64,000 bases of DNA from Centroscyllium fabricii (lineage: Eukaryota), in the NCBI GenBank assembly GCA_051313645.2, contig JBNRSN020000011.1:75764001-75828000 (forward strand), read 5' to 3'. The position numbers and the translations under genes were made by a program. Position 1 is the first letter of the stretch, and each line of letters starts with the position of its first letter. This document shows positions 36,959 to 49,200 of the stretch, piece by piece. The notes beneath the pieces are model-generated. The model was not told where the DNA came from, did no database searches, and saw only the letters and a program-made list of their open reading frames with translations.

Positions 36959-37872
36959 CAGGTACACAATCCTTTATCCGAAAATCTCGGGACCGGCCGG
37001 TCTTCGGATAATTTCGGTTTTTGGGATGGCGCCCAGTGCGCATGCGCATTGCCGTGTTGGCAGCTGATTGCGCCTCTGAAACGGTAGGAGATTGTGGGCT
37101 AACAACAGAAACCGCTGGAGAAACTCAGCAGGCCAGGCAGCATCGGTGGAGAGAGGAGCAGAGTTGACGTTTCAGGTCAATGACCTTTTTTCAAAAGGAG
37201 ATTGTGGGCCATTGATATCAGGGCTCAGGCGCAGTGCTGTGCAAGGGAGGCCGCAGCGGCGGCCCGCGGAACGGCAGGCTGTCCCCCCCATTAAAGGGGA
37301 GGGACCTAGCGCGGCTGCAGCCAGAGCCCCGCGGGGCCGCCGAGGGACCGGGAGCCGCAGAACGAGCCCGGCACTCGGGGGAAGTGCCGGGCTCAGCTGA
37401 GGGAGGGCTCACCCCGCCGAGGGATGCTTAGGCATCCGACCAGGGTCTTCCCATGCCATTGGTAAACCAACCTGAGGAATAAAGGATGAGCGTCATCTCT
37501 GGACATGTCCAGATAAAAGATACTGGGGTAGTGATAAAATGTTCCTGCCTGGAAGAAAATAGCCAGTGAAGTTCTATGGGGATCTGTCCTGGGACCCCTG
37601 CTATTTTTAGTACAGGGTATTTGGAAATAATATCAAACTGTAGTAATGTTATGGAATTTTCTGATTACATAAAGTTCACAAGCTTTAAGCATTACCGTCA
37701 GTTGACTGCCAGTAAGTAGACCTCTGCACCTTTGTCTGTACAGCGAGCGATACGCATATAACTTCAGAATAAGGGGGCATCCTTTTAAATAGGGATAAAA
37801 CGGGTCATTTTGAAATTTCGTTTTTTCGAGCTTTTCGGTTTTTGGAGTTGCGGATAAAGGATTGTGTACCTG
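36959..37872. mobile_element. Tc1/mariner(pogo)-type non-autonomous element with a mosaic interior
   Basis: 22-bp TIR CAGGTACACAATCCTTTATCCG; TA on both flanks. Confidence 0.88.
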
Positions 37873-37889
37873 TATTGAAATTAGAAATA

Positions 37890-38567
37890 CAGGTTGTGCA
37901 CCATTAATCCGCCACGGGCGGGACCAGGCCCGTGCCGGGAAACTGAAAAAACCGGGAGAACGAGGTTGGACACTGCGCATGCGCACCATTCAAAATGGCC
38001 ACGCGCATGCGCACAACATTGGGATTGGCTGGCGCGCGCATGCGCAGATCAACCAATAATGGCCGCCGAAGTTTTTTGAGGGGCTCAGGCTTGTGTGGCG
38101 TTCCGTTTGCCTTTTAGGGCTGTCGGGCAGCAGTGAAAGGCCGGTCTTGCAGGGGGGGAAGGAGGGTTGTGCGGGCGCGGGTCGGGCCCAGTAGGTCCGC
38201 CTTCCCTCTCTATCGCCTTTCGGGTTGCTGCTGCCGCCGAGTCGGACTCAGGCTGACAGCTGTTGCCTAGTGACTGTCCGCTTCAGTCACGGGGCTCAGC
38301 TGTCGAGAAAATAACCGGCGGCCATATTGAATTATCTGCGCATGCGCTAGCCGTCCGGCGACACATGCGCAGATCATTCAAAACACCCGGCAGCCGTTTT
38401 GAATGATCTGCGCATGCGCTCGCCGTTCAGCGGTGCATGCGCAGATCATTCGCCGAAGCCGTGATGGCGGCTGCCATCTTGCGCATGCGCAGTGCAGTCG
38501 GGGCAATTTGTGCCGGCAGACTGAAGCTGCCGGCTTTTCGGGACACGGATTTTCGGTGCACAACCTG
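37890..38567. mobile_element. Tc1/mariner(pogo)-type MITE, CpG-rich
   Basis: TIR CAGGTTGTGCACC; TA on both flanks; repeated GCGCATGCGC. Confidence 0.85.
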
Positions 38568-40587
38568 TACTAGTGTATGAAGAAAGAACTTGCATTTATA
38601 TCACCCCTTTCGCAACCTCAGGATGTCCCAGGAGAACATGTTCAGGATTTTGGGGGCCTGAGCACTCCCAACCCCATGGCAGGTAGACATCCGAGATGTG
38701 GTGCCCTTAGTGGCACTTGTGCCTGCTTGCCCCATGCTAATGATCTGCTCACCCACTGACTCCACAAACGCCAACATGGTCAGTACTGAAGGGCACAGAT
38801 GGGTGTGATCCTCATTTAACTGCCAGGATCATGTGCTGAGGAATTTCAGCTTGTAAGGCAATAAGCAGAGTTAATTTTTAAAAATTGTAAACTGAGTTCA
38901 GTCCAGCCATATACTTCTAAAACCAGTCTGACTTATACCTGCTATGATCCACGAATATACTTCAAACCCCAGCTTGAATTATATCTGCAATGAATTACAT
39001 TCAACAACATTGACACAAGCCTACATTTAAAGTGCAGTTCACTCTAGTAAGGGTGGTTTGGTTATGAATGGCATGCCATCCCCAACTGAGCATTTTGAAA
39101 AGCCCATTAATCAATGTTATGTGACATTTCAACTCAATGCGATCATTACATGAAACTTAATATCTGCTCACCCTCTCTGTTATGAATTGACAATCACCAT
39201 CAGTAACCCAGTGTCACTGCCATAAATGAGCATATGCTTTCCATCATGTAAACATCTCTAACCCCAAAAACTCACCATTATTTACTCTGACTCCGAAATG
39301 ACTGAATGGATTTTGCTGCATTTTCTTAATTCTCTTGTAATTTATTTTGGTGTCTCTCAAACGAGAAGCAATAGCTCTGTAACCACTAGAAATTGCTCTC
39401 CAACCACTCAACTTCTCTGGCGTGATACATTAGTGTAGGACTGACTTTGTGCTGGTAAACTTGAGATCAACCAGAACTCGAATTAAAGTTAAGGGCTGGT
39501 CGGGACCTCTGGCTCTTCTTAGTTTAAAATACATAATCCAGTGGGACAATTAGTTCAATTTAGACTAGAGAACCAGGGCAATTTTTATTGCTCCAAATGA
39601 CCACCCCTTCACCTTCTTCTGCTAATTTATTCCCAACTTGGTCATGTGTCAAAAGTTGATTCACTCCAGGGAAGGTGAGAAAGTCTCACGGCATATGGCA
39701 CTCGGTCATAAAAACATTTACATCAAGTATCATTCAGTCATAAGGGATGTCGGTAACATACACAATGAACAGTGGTAACATACACAATGAACAGTAATGG
39801 ATCAGCAGCTGCTAACTCCAGTAATTGATCTATTTACTAGGTTTCATCTGAGCTGACAGTGGATGAAACTCAGCAGTTCTATAACCATGTACTCAACAGA
39901 ATGGGCACAGATGCAGCTGGGTGCTACAATGAGAGATTTAGCATACCAGAGGAGCAAGCTTTGATGAGCTGAATGGTCTTTTCTTGTCCTTGTCTTTTCT
40001 TATATTCTTATATTCTAGCGGCGGGGCGGGGGGTGGGGGGGGGGGGGGTGGCGGCGGGGGCAGTGGCAGGGAAAAATCCAGCAGCTCCTTCATGGAGTCA
40101 ACTAAGAAGTTGAAAATTTGAAAGGGGTGGAGACAATCTGGGGAGGTATCAAGAGACCAGCTGGAGGGCCAGAAGATATTTGTGGGGCTAGGAGCAGCAT
40201 TGATGGCTAGGCCGCTTGACGCCTAGTATCAAAGGATGAAGCATGCTCCCACACACTTCACCCAATGGCACCTGAAAATTGCAGCGGTGTCCTGTGTATG
40301 TCATAGGACCCTGATTTACATGCTTTAATGAGGCACGTGCCTGAAACAGGTGGGCACTTTGGCTGCTCCATTTGCAGTACGTTTGGAAATGGCGACAGGC
40401 AGGTCGGGAGCGGGAACAGGATACAACACCGCGATTTACAGAGTGCTACCTGTAGTGATAGTTACCCTCTGCCCAGTAGGGGGCAACAGAGGGTTAACAG
40501 GAAGTGAGAGAGATTAAACAAGGCCTCGAGCAATGGCTGAACACACACACCACCCTGAGTCTGTCTCAATGTGTTGAACACTCAACA

Positions 40588-40598
40588 TGGTGTCAGAA
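40588..40598 (+). promoter_or_regulatory. tRNA primer-binding site of element D (tRNA-Leu type)
   Basis: TGGTGTCAGAA directly after the LTR-terminal CA; TGG pairs with tRNA CCA. Confidence 0.8.
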
Positions 40599-42492
40599 TT
40601 GCGAGCTGAACCCACAATAGAACTGAATTCCGCAGTGAAACCAGTGAGTGAAAGTTTATGATAGCTGTTTAAGCCACAACTGAGATAACCGGAAGAGACT
40701 GAGAGAGAGAAAGAAAAAGTGTATTTACCCCATGGTGCTTAGCTTACGATCAGAGCCACTCAAAGTCCTGCATTCTTTCAGATTTTTCCCCCCTCCGAGT
40801 TTGATTTTACGTGGCCGGAAGAGTGGCCATTGTGGATCAGCAGATTTGAACATTTCAGACAGGCTTCGGGCCTCGATAAACAGGCACAGGAAAAACAGGT
40901 TAATACCCTATTATATTCCATGGGATCGGAGGCTGAAGCGATCGTCCGGTGCAGGAATATTATGGCTTATCAACTGAAAAGCTATGACACAGTTAAAACG
41001 GAGTTGTCTAATCATTTCATCCCACGGAGGAATTAATATTCGAACGCGCAAGATTCCATAGGCGCATGCAGGAGAGAGGGGAATCGTGTGATAGCTTCAT
41101 CAAAGCTCTATATGAGCTCATCGAACACTGTGAATATGGAGATATGCGGGATGAACTAATTAGTGAGAGATTGGTTGTTGGACTAAGGGATCTTAAACTC
41201 TCTGGAAAATTACAGATGGATCCAGACCTCACAGTTGACAAAGCAAAAACACAGGTTTTCCAAAGTGAAACAATAAAAAAACAGCAATCAATGCTTCAGA
41301 AAGGTAGTAATGAGGAGGAGGAGTCTATTGAAACCATAAGTGCCACCCGACAAGCAGGTCCCCAAAAACATTTTTCAACCAAATCAAGACAGACTGACTC
41401 ACGTGAATATGTACAGAGGCCTCGCACTGGAACTCAAACTGGAACATATTTCCAAGCACAAAAGCGGAGTTGCAGATGGTGTGGCCGGAGTACACACAAT
41501 AGACAAATCTGTCCAGCCAAGGATGTTAGCTACAGGAATTGCCAGAAAAAGGGGCATTTTGCTGCAGTTTGCTGATCCACACCTGCGGTTGCTGAAATAT
41601 CAGAGGACGACGACAATGAGATAGTGTTCCTGGGGTCAATTGGAAATGGGCAGGACCAGCAGTGGACCATCACCCTAAGCCTGTGTGGCCACATGACTGA
41701 ATTCAAAATTGATACAGGGGCTGATGTCACTGTTATCCCGGAGTGCCTCTAAAACAAACTAGGTCTGGAGGCTCTTCAGAGCACCTCTACGATTCTTCAG
41801 GGGCCTGGTCAAGTCCCGTTGAATGTCAGAGGAAACTTTTCAGCTACCCTGACCCGTGGTCCACGGTCTACAAAGCAGGTTGTGTATGTGGTACGCGGTC
41901 TACGGACAGCGCTCCTCGGTCGCCTAACCATAATTTCCCTGCGTCTGGTGTCCAGGTCGGACCCACAAGTAGCAGAGACAGTATCTACAGATCTCGAACA
42001 GGAGGTCAGACAGCGGTTCCCCAGACTGTTTCAAGGCATTGGGCGACTGCAAGAGGAGTATCACATTCGCCTCAAGCCGGAGGCCAAACCTTTTGCTCTC
42101 TCTACACCCCGACGTGTCTCGCTCCCCCTTATGACCAAAGTTAAGGAGGAACTAACCCACATGGAGCAACTGGGGATAATTGCAAGAGTTGAGGAACCCA
42201 CTGCCTGGTGCTCTGGAATGGTCATAGTCCCAAAACCCAATGTAAAAGTCAGAATCTGTGTAGACCTAACAAAACTCAATGAATGTGTCTGTAGAGAGCT
42301 GCATCCCTTACCCTGTGTAGAGCACACTCTGGGGCAGCTGAAAGATGCAAAGGTTTTTACAAAGCTTGACGCTCAATCTGGTTTCTGGCAAATACCCTTG
42401 ACAGAGGAGTCAAAACGTCTTACCACGTTCATCACGCCATTTGGACGATACTGTTTCCACAGACTGCCCTTTGGAATATCCTCCGCCCCTGA

Positions 42493-42656
42493 GCATTTCC
42501 AGTGCCGCATGTCCCGCCTCCTTGAGGGACTTGATGGTGTCTTATGCCAAATAGATGATGTGTTGGTGTTTGGCGCATTTCCAGTGCCGCATGTCCCGCC
42601 TCCTTGAGGGACTTGATGGTGTCTTATGCCAAATGGATGATGTGTGGGTGTTTGGC
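42493..42656 (+). repeat. 82-bp tandem duplication spanning the RT catalytic motif of D
   Basis: Unit starts at 42493 and at 42575; GCA microhomology at the junction. Confidence 0.92.
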
Positions 42657-42844
42657 GCAACCCAAGAACAGCACGATCAGCGACTGTTTGCAATTCTCGG
42701 TAGACTACAGCAAGCTGGACTTGCTCTCAACTCCAAATGTGAATTTGCCAAAACACAGGTGAAATTTCTCGGCCAGGTCATCGACGGGACCAGTGTCAGA
42801 GCAGATCCTGACAAAGTCAAGACCCTCACACACATGGCCGCGCC

Positions 42845-44002
42845 TGTCACAGATGGGAATTCCCCTTTAAGGAATCCATTTTGGAATTCTATGTTTTGTT
42901 CTCTGTTTTGGTTCATTATACCTCAATTACCTGTGCACATACCTGTGTGTTCCTCGTTTCTCTATACCTGCATTCTTATTGGTTAGCACTAATGTATCTT
43001 GTTTGCTTGCTCGGCTTATAAGCTGGGTGCTTAGACCAGGGAGTTGCCGGATCATTACTACTTTATTCTACCAAGTAGCTTGTAACAAACTTTCCAGTAC
43101 TAGGACACACAGAGGTGTTTCTAGCTCCGTGGGAGGCAGTGAGCTGGTGGTTTTGGATTTCTTCTTCTGATGACTCTGGTAGAGTGAGTCCTTGCTGAAG
43201 GGCGGACTCTGGAAGATTCCTGGATATGGATTTCTTCTTCTGAAGACTCTGGTAGAGTGAGTCCCTGCTGAAGGGCGGACTCTGGAAGATTCCTAAATTC
43301 TACATTCTGGACACTGTTCTTCATCACCTGTAATCAGGTTTGGACATTCCATTTATACTTTATGGACATTGCTCGTTATGATCTGAAACTCTAGAGTTCC
43401 GATGGAGGCTGTGTTGGTAGGGCTTTCCCCTGCTAGTTGAGTAATGGATTTTTCCTTCTGAAAACTCGTGTAGAGTGAGTCCCAGCTGTAGGGCGGACTC
43501 TGGGAGAGTTCCATTTCTTATTCTGGACATTGCTTTCTACTACCGGAACTCAGATATTGGACATTTCATTTCTACTGCAATGAGGTCTTCTCTGTAAGTA
43601 GGATGCTCTTTGCCGAGTGTCCTGGGAGTTCGGAATAAGGCTTGTTTCCAACTTCACAGAGGAAAACTAGATCCAGGGATGCTCTTGGCCGAGTGTCCTG
43701 GGGGTACTGTTGGACATTGTTTGCAATCATCTGTACTGAGTATGGGACTTTTCATTACGACTACATAGGAGGCCCTTTCTGATTAGGATGCTCTTTCCTG
43801 AGTGTCCCGAGGGTTCTGTTTCTGTATTAAGCTTGTACCAGTTCGGAAGAGAACTTGTTTTCGGTTTCTAACTATTTATGTATTGTAACATTTTGAATGT
43901 ATGCATGTATGTCTTTTATTACAGTTTTGTATATAAAGGAATTTAAGACCTAGACAGCTTATTCAGTGTCTTTGCATTTGGGCCCCACCACACAACGTTA
44001 CA
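42845..44002 (+). mobile_element. Solo LTR (1158 bp) inserted in the pol of D
   Basis: TGTCAC...GTTACA ends; TSD GCGCC (42840-42844 / 44003-44007); D frame resumes (MAAP|RNVSEIRRFMG); no ORF; internal tandem repeats. Confidence 0.9.
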
Positions 44003-46599
44003 GCGCCAAGGAATGTATCTGAAATACGCCGCTTCATGGGCCTGGTCAATCACTTGGGCAAATACATACCCCATCTAGCCGATAAAACCAAGCCACCCCG
44101 GGATCTTCTCAACAGGCAGACCTCATGGTATTGGGGACCCCAGCAGTCCCAAGCTTTCACTGAGATAAAGACAGAGCTAACCACCTCGCCAGGCCTTGCA
44201 CTGTATGACCCCAACACACTCACTAAAGTGTCAGCTGATGCCTCATCGTTTGGCTTGGGTGCAGTCCTTTTACAAAAGAGACCTGACACTGACTGGCGCC
44301 CTGTAGCCTATGCTTCACGAGCCCTTTCAAAAACAGAGCAGCGCTATGTGCAGATTGAAAAAGTGGCCCTGGCCATTACATGGGCGTGTGAGCGCTATAG
44401 AGACTTCCTAATAGGCATGACATTCCAGGTCAAAGCAGATCACAAGCCCCTCCTAACACTATTGGGATCTAAAAACCTGGACGAGTTGTCCCCCCGCATT
44501 CAGCGCTTTCGGATGCGACTCATGCACTTTCACTTCACTATATCACATGTGCCAGGGAAGAGCCGAGCAACTGCCGACGACCTCTCCAGAGCTCCCTACC
44601 AGCCGCTGGTGGATGATTCCTCTGAGGTGCAGTGCATAGAGAATTATGTACACTCAATACTCACTGCACTGCCCATTACCGAGAAACGCCTGGCTGCACT
44701 TCGTCACGAACAGGAAACGGATGAACTACTTCGTCAGGTCTTCACATACTGCCGTGAGGGCTGGCCAGATGATGCAAAACTTGACAACGCTCTTAGACCT
44801 TACGCGGCTGTTTCAGGTGACCTCACTATTGCACAAGGATTGCTGCTACAAGGGTGCCGGTTGGTCATTCCAGCATCAATGCAGAAAGACATTCTGGACA
44901 AACTGCATGATGGCCATCAAGGGATCACAAAATGCAGAGCACGAGCCAGGTGTTCTGTTTGGTGGCCTGGATTAAGCGGTCAACGTAAAGTACAACAGTG
45001 CCCAAGCTGTGCTCAAATGAGACAACAACCACCAGAGCCATTGATTCCAGATGACACCCCTGAGAGCCCATAGCAGAAGGTTGGGGCTGATCTATTTCAT
45101 TTGGATATCTCAACTTACCTGGTAATGTTTGACTACTTCTCTAAGTTCATTGATGTTATCAAACTTTCCTCCACCACCTCATATGCAGTCGTTGAGTGTA
45201 TGAAATCCTGCTTTGCCCGCCTAGGAGTCCCACTGCTGTTCTGAACAGATAACGGCCCCCAATTTGCCTCGGTCACCTTTCGCTCATTTGCCGACAGCTG
45301 GGACTTCACCCATGTCACATCCAGCCCTCTGTATCCTCAAAGCAATGGGGCTGCCGAGCGCGCTGTCCAGACAGCCAAACATCTTTTTAAAAAGTCACCT
45401 GACCCATACTGGGCACTCCTTGCATACCGCTCCACACCTCTTTCTAGCGGATTCAGCCCTGCTGAGTTGCTACAAGGCAGGCAACTTCGTACAACCGTGC
45501 CAACTATGCCATCACTCCTGACCCCAGGCTGGCCCGACCTCTAGAATTTTACAGACAAGGATAAACAATCTAAACTAAGACAACAGGCCAACTTTATCAG
45601 GCGCCACAGAGCTAAGCCCTTGTGTCCACTCCTTCCAGGTGACTATGTGTGGATACAAGACTCCCGCAAAAGAGGCATTGTGCAAGGACAGGCCAACACC
45701 CCAAGATCATATCTGGTTGATATCCAGGGCCAGATTGTTCGCAGGAACCACAGGCACCTCGCACTTACACAGCAGCCCCCAGACGCTGATGAGCCTTCCA
45801 TTCCCGATGACGGCAATGGGGATGTGGGTCCTGGAACTCCCCCACCCACAGGGGATACCCCACCTCCATCGGGTTCCAGACGATACCCTGAAAGGGTCCG
45901 CAAGCCTCCTTCATACCTCCAGGACTTTGAAACATGAATAGCTTAAGAACCAAGACACCTCATTGGGTCAGAATAATACCCGAGGTACTTGGTGGAGGGT
46001 TCAGGCAGTCGCCTTGTTCCTCCAAGCTTACTCTGCTTGTATTATTCATTTTTTAAACAAAAAAGGAGAGAGATGCATTAGAGATGTTATATTTGTTAGA
46101 GTTGTTGTGATGTTTGTTAGAGTTTGTTATTTCTTAAGCACTGTAAAAAAGTAATGATTTGAAAATGTTAACAGTAAAGGAATAGTTTTCAAAGTATGTT
46201 TAGAACGTGAGATGTAGTGATAGTTACCCTCTGCCCAGTAGGGGGCAGCAGAGGGTTAACAGGAAGTGAGAGAGATTAAACAAGGCCTCGAGCAATGGCT
46301 GAACACACACACCATCCTGAGTCTGTCTCAATGTGTTGAACACTCAACACTACCAATCCTTTCCTGCCCGACAGTGACAGTGCAAATCAGCCCCATTATG
46401 TTTTAACTGGCACTGAAGAACCAATTGATTGCAGCACACAGTTGGATTCATCACTGGTGGTTCCTTTCCTGTGGTTAATTGTGATATGAGCCACACATAT
46501 GGATCCGCCCCACAGGTACTGACAATTACGTACGGCTCCTCTCCTCCTACTCACTCGACGGGTCCCTTGTTAAATAATAAATCAAATTCTCAGTTACAA

Positions 46600-49200
46600 A
46601 AGTAAATTCCTGTTAAATTTTGTACGGGTGACTTTCTGTACTTTATTTAAAGTTATTTTTAGGCCCATTACGTATAGAGCACAATCGGGAGCAGGCTGGG
46701 AAGAGATCCTGCACACCCTCTCATGAACAGATGGCATGTGCGTGGGAAGATGATTGGATCTCCTCACACATATGCCATCTATTTCCAAGACCTCTCTCCG
46801 ATTCTCTGAAACTAGGAGGACTGCAAGAGCAATCTAGGCTTGATGCTAGATTTTTCTCTCCATTTTATAATTTTAATAACCTGACAAAGGAAACAATTTC
46901 AATTAAATTCTATTCTTCACAACTAATGAATCACTCTTGGATAGGTGAACACAATAGAGACAAGTATCCTCCCCCATCTCTATTTCAAATGCTGCCTGTC
47001 AAAGTTCCAGCCCAACTATTCCATGACTTGTACAGTCACCTCTCCAAGTTGCTTTGGGTGGGGAAGGTCATGAATATGCCTCAAATACCTCCAGCTCCCA
47101 AACAAATAGGAGAGGATTTAGTGCCCTAAATTGCAGACACTATGGCCACAATTTTGCTGACCTCGGCAGGCGATGATGGTGGCGGGTCCTGACCCCGCTG
47201 CTGACTCCATCCTGCTTTGTGAAGTGACTTTCTGTTGATGGGGCTTGTTAAGCCTGCCCAGTGCGTTTCCCGGGCCAATTAAAGGAAGCGGGTCTGGTGA
47301 TGTCATTTCATTATGCGTCATCAGCCGGTTTCCTTAAAGGGACCCTGTCCAAATTTATTTTGACACTTGTGCTGTCAAGTGTTCTACAGTGCAGAAGTGC
47401 TGCAAACACTGACAATGACTGCACAGAAATGCAGGGCTGCACCCAGGTTCTCCCACGTCTCCCTCCAGGGAGTCACAGCACGCAGGGAGGTCCTCTTCCC
47501 TTCCGCTGGGTGGAAAACACCTCCCCAAGGAGACCAAAACAGCCTGGTTACACATTGCAGAGGAGGGTACAAGCAGGGATGTGGTCAGGAGGACCTGGGT
47601 GCAGTGGCACAAACCTTTCAATGATCTCAGAAGAGCACGAAGCATTAGTACAAAGCCAAAATCAATCTCATCCTGCTGTGCCCCTCATCACATTCCCATC
47701 ACTCTGTCTTCCCTACCCTACTCCTGCACATCCTTACTCACACCAACTTACCTTGCACCCATCCCTCTCTTTCTCTCTCTATCTCCATTATTACATCCCC
47801 ATCTCACTAGCCACCCCTCACACTCACCCTCATGCTCATGCAATCATACCAAGTAACAACACACAAGGGTAGCCACTCGGGTGTTTTATCCAATGTTCAT
47901 GCAAAGTTTCTGTTAATGTGCTGCCAAACATTGAAACCTTTATTTTCAACACTGTTCTTGGGCAGATTTGTGCACACCTTTGGAAGTGGCTTAGTGAGTT
48001 GCAGTGTATGGTGAGACAAAACAGTACCCCCTGCAATGGTCATGAGTGTGAAAGGAATGGCTTGAACATTGTAGCGATGCTTTATTGAGTTGGTGTGAGG
48101 TGGTGCCAACCTGGCACATCATGTGGCAGCCAGGGTGTACAGTGTCAATTGAAGTAAATCTGGCCTGGCCTCTCGGGCAGCAATGTGCTCGGGTGCTGAT
48201 GCCCTCTGCAGCATCAGGTGGTTGAGGAGAAGGTTGGTGGTGTAGTTGTTGGTGCTGCTGGTGTGCCTGGTTCTGCTGGTGTTGAGGCTGATCGTGGTCA
48301 GATCTTGAGGACCAAGGTGAAACAGTATAAACGATACCCATGCTGATGGAATAGATGGCAGGTGAAGTTGAGATGACAGGAACAACCTCTCACCATTGAC
48401 AGGTTGTTCCAATGAGGTGGCACTCGATAGAGAGTTTGCTCCAAACACTTGCAGCCTGCATGAAGCTCAATCTGTCTTCCAAATGCAGTTAACAGCAGCT
48501 TCCGAGCTTGGAAAGTGAACAGCTGTGAGGTGGGAGCTTTTATAGAACATTTCAAGCTGTCAAGTAATCAGCTGACTCAATGGCAATTCACCTCCCACCT
48601 CAGCTTGCCAGACGTGATCCCTGAGCAGCGCGGACCCTGTGGGTGAGCAGTTAAACAGAAAGGGTAAGGAGAAATGTATTCTTAATAATCTCACAACAAG
48701 CCAATAATCAGCTTTATTGGATCCCCTGCTACTGCCTGTTGGGTCTGCTCAGCGCTGACAGACCCGACATTGGGAAAGGCGTGTGGCGGTGGGTTGACAG
48801 CGGGGCCCCGACCCACTGTCAAACAAAACCACTTTCCCACCTGACCCGCCACCGATCCTGCCTGCTGACCCCCTGGAAATTTCCAGACTATTCCTGGGCA
48901 GCTCAGACTCAAATGTTTGTAAAAACCATATCCTCCATTTATGCTATGGTTGGCTAACTTCCAACAAAGTAAGGCTTTTATTCTGTGTTTTCACTCAGTT
49001 TTCAAATGAGCCTTAAATTCCTTCTGCCTTCTCCATGACGAATCTCTACATAATTTGTTCAAAGCTGTTGGTAACCATCTGTTCAGTTTGTCTTTCTTTG
49101 GTTTATTGTGCATTAAATAGCAGAGGGTATCCAGGCCTGTACAATTACTTGATCATCAATGGCCTTCCATCCTTTGAAGTCAAGTTCTTTATAGCGCTTA
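46600..49200 (+). mobile_element. Old L1/Tx1-like ORF2 fragment interrupted by a Harbinger derivative
   Basis: LFQMLPVKVP..F..L..LSKLLW.GK before the insert and Y.WAAQ after it. Confidence 0.55.
47144..48888. mobile_element. Non-autonomous Harbinger derivative with Myb/SANT remnant
   Basis: TAT on both flanks; imperfect TIRs; AAPRFS..RREVLFP and RRTWVQWHKPFNDL, homologous to 17036-17206. Confidence 0.8.

Larger units (their letters stand above)
40451..46349 (+). mobile_element. Gypsy (Mag/SURL-like) LTR retrotransposon D, full length, degenerate
   Basis: 137-bp LTRs at 40451-40587 and 46213-46349 (2 differences); TSD CTACC; PBS TGGTGTCAGAA at 40588; protease KIDTGADV, RT KLDAQSGFWQ / LPFGISSAPE / QMDD, RNase H SADASSFG, integrase remnants. 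Confidence 0.95.

Noticed and set aside
39752-39795. 22-bp tandem duplication GGTAACATACACAATGAACAGT
   Set aside because: Ordinary two-copy slippage duplication.
40018-40070. G-run with G-quadruplex potential
   Set aside because: Simple low-complexity tract at a repeat junction; no evidence of function and homopolymer length is unreliable.
43165-43295. Hammerhead ribozymes (CTGATGA/CTGAAGA) in the solo LTR repeats
   Set aside because: The obligatory GAAA after stem II is absent (TGAG instead) and the third copy loses CUGANGA.
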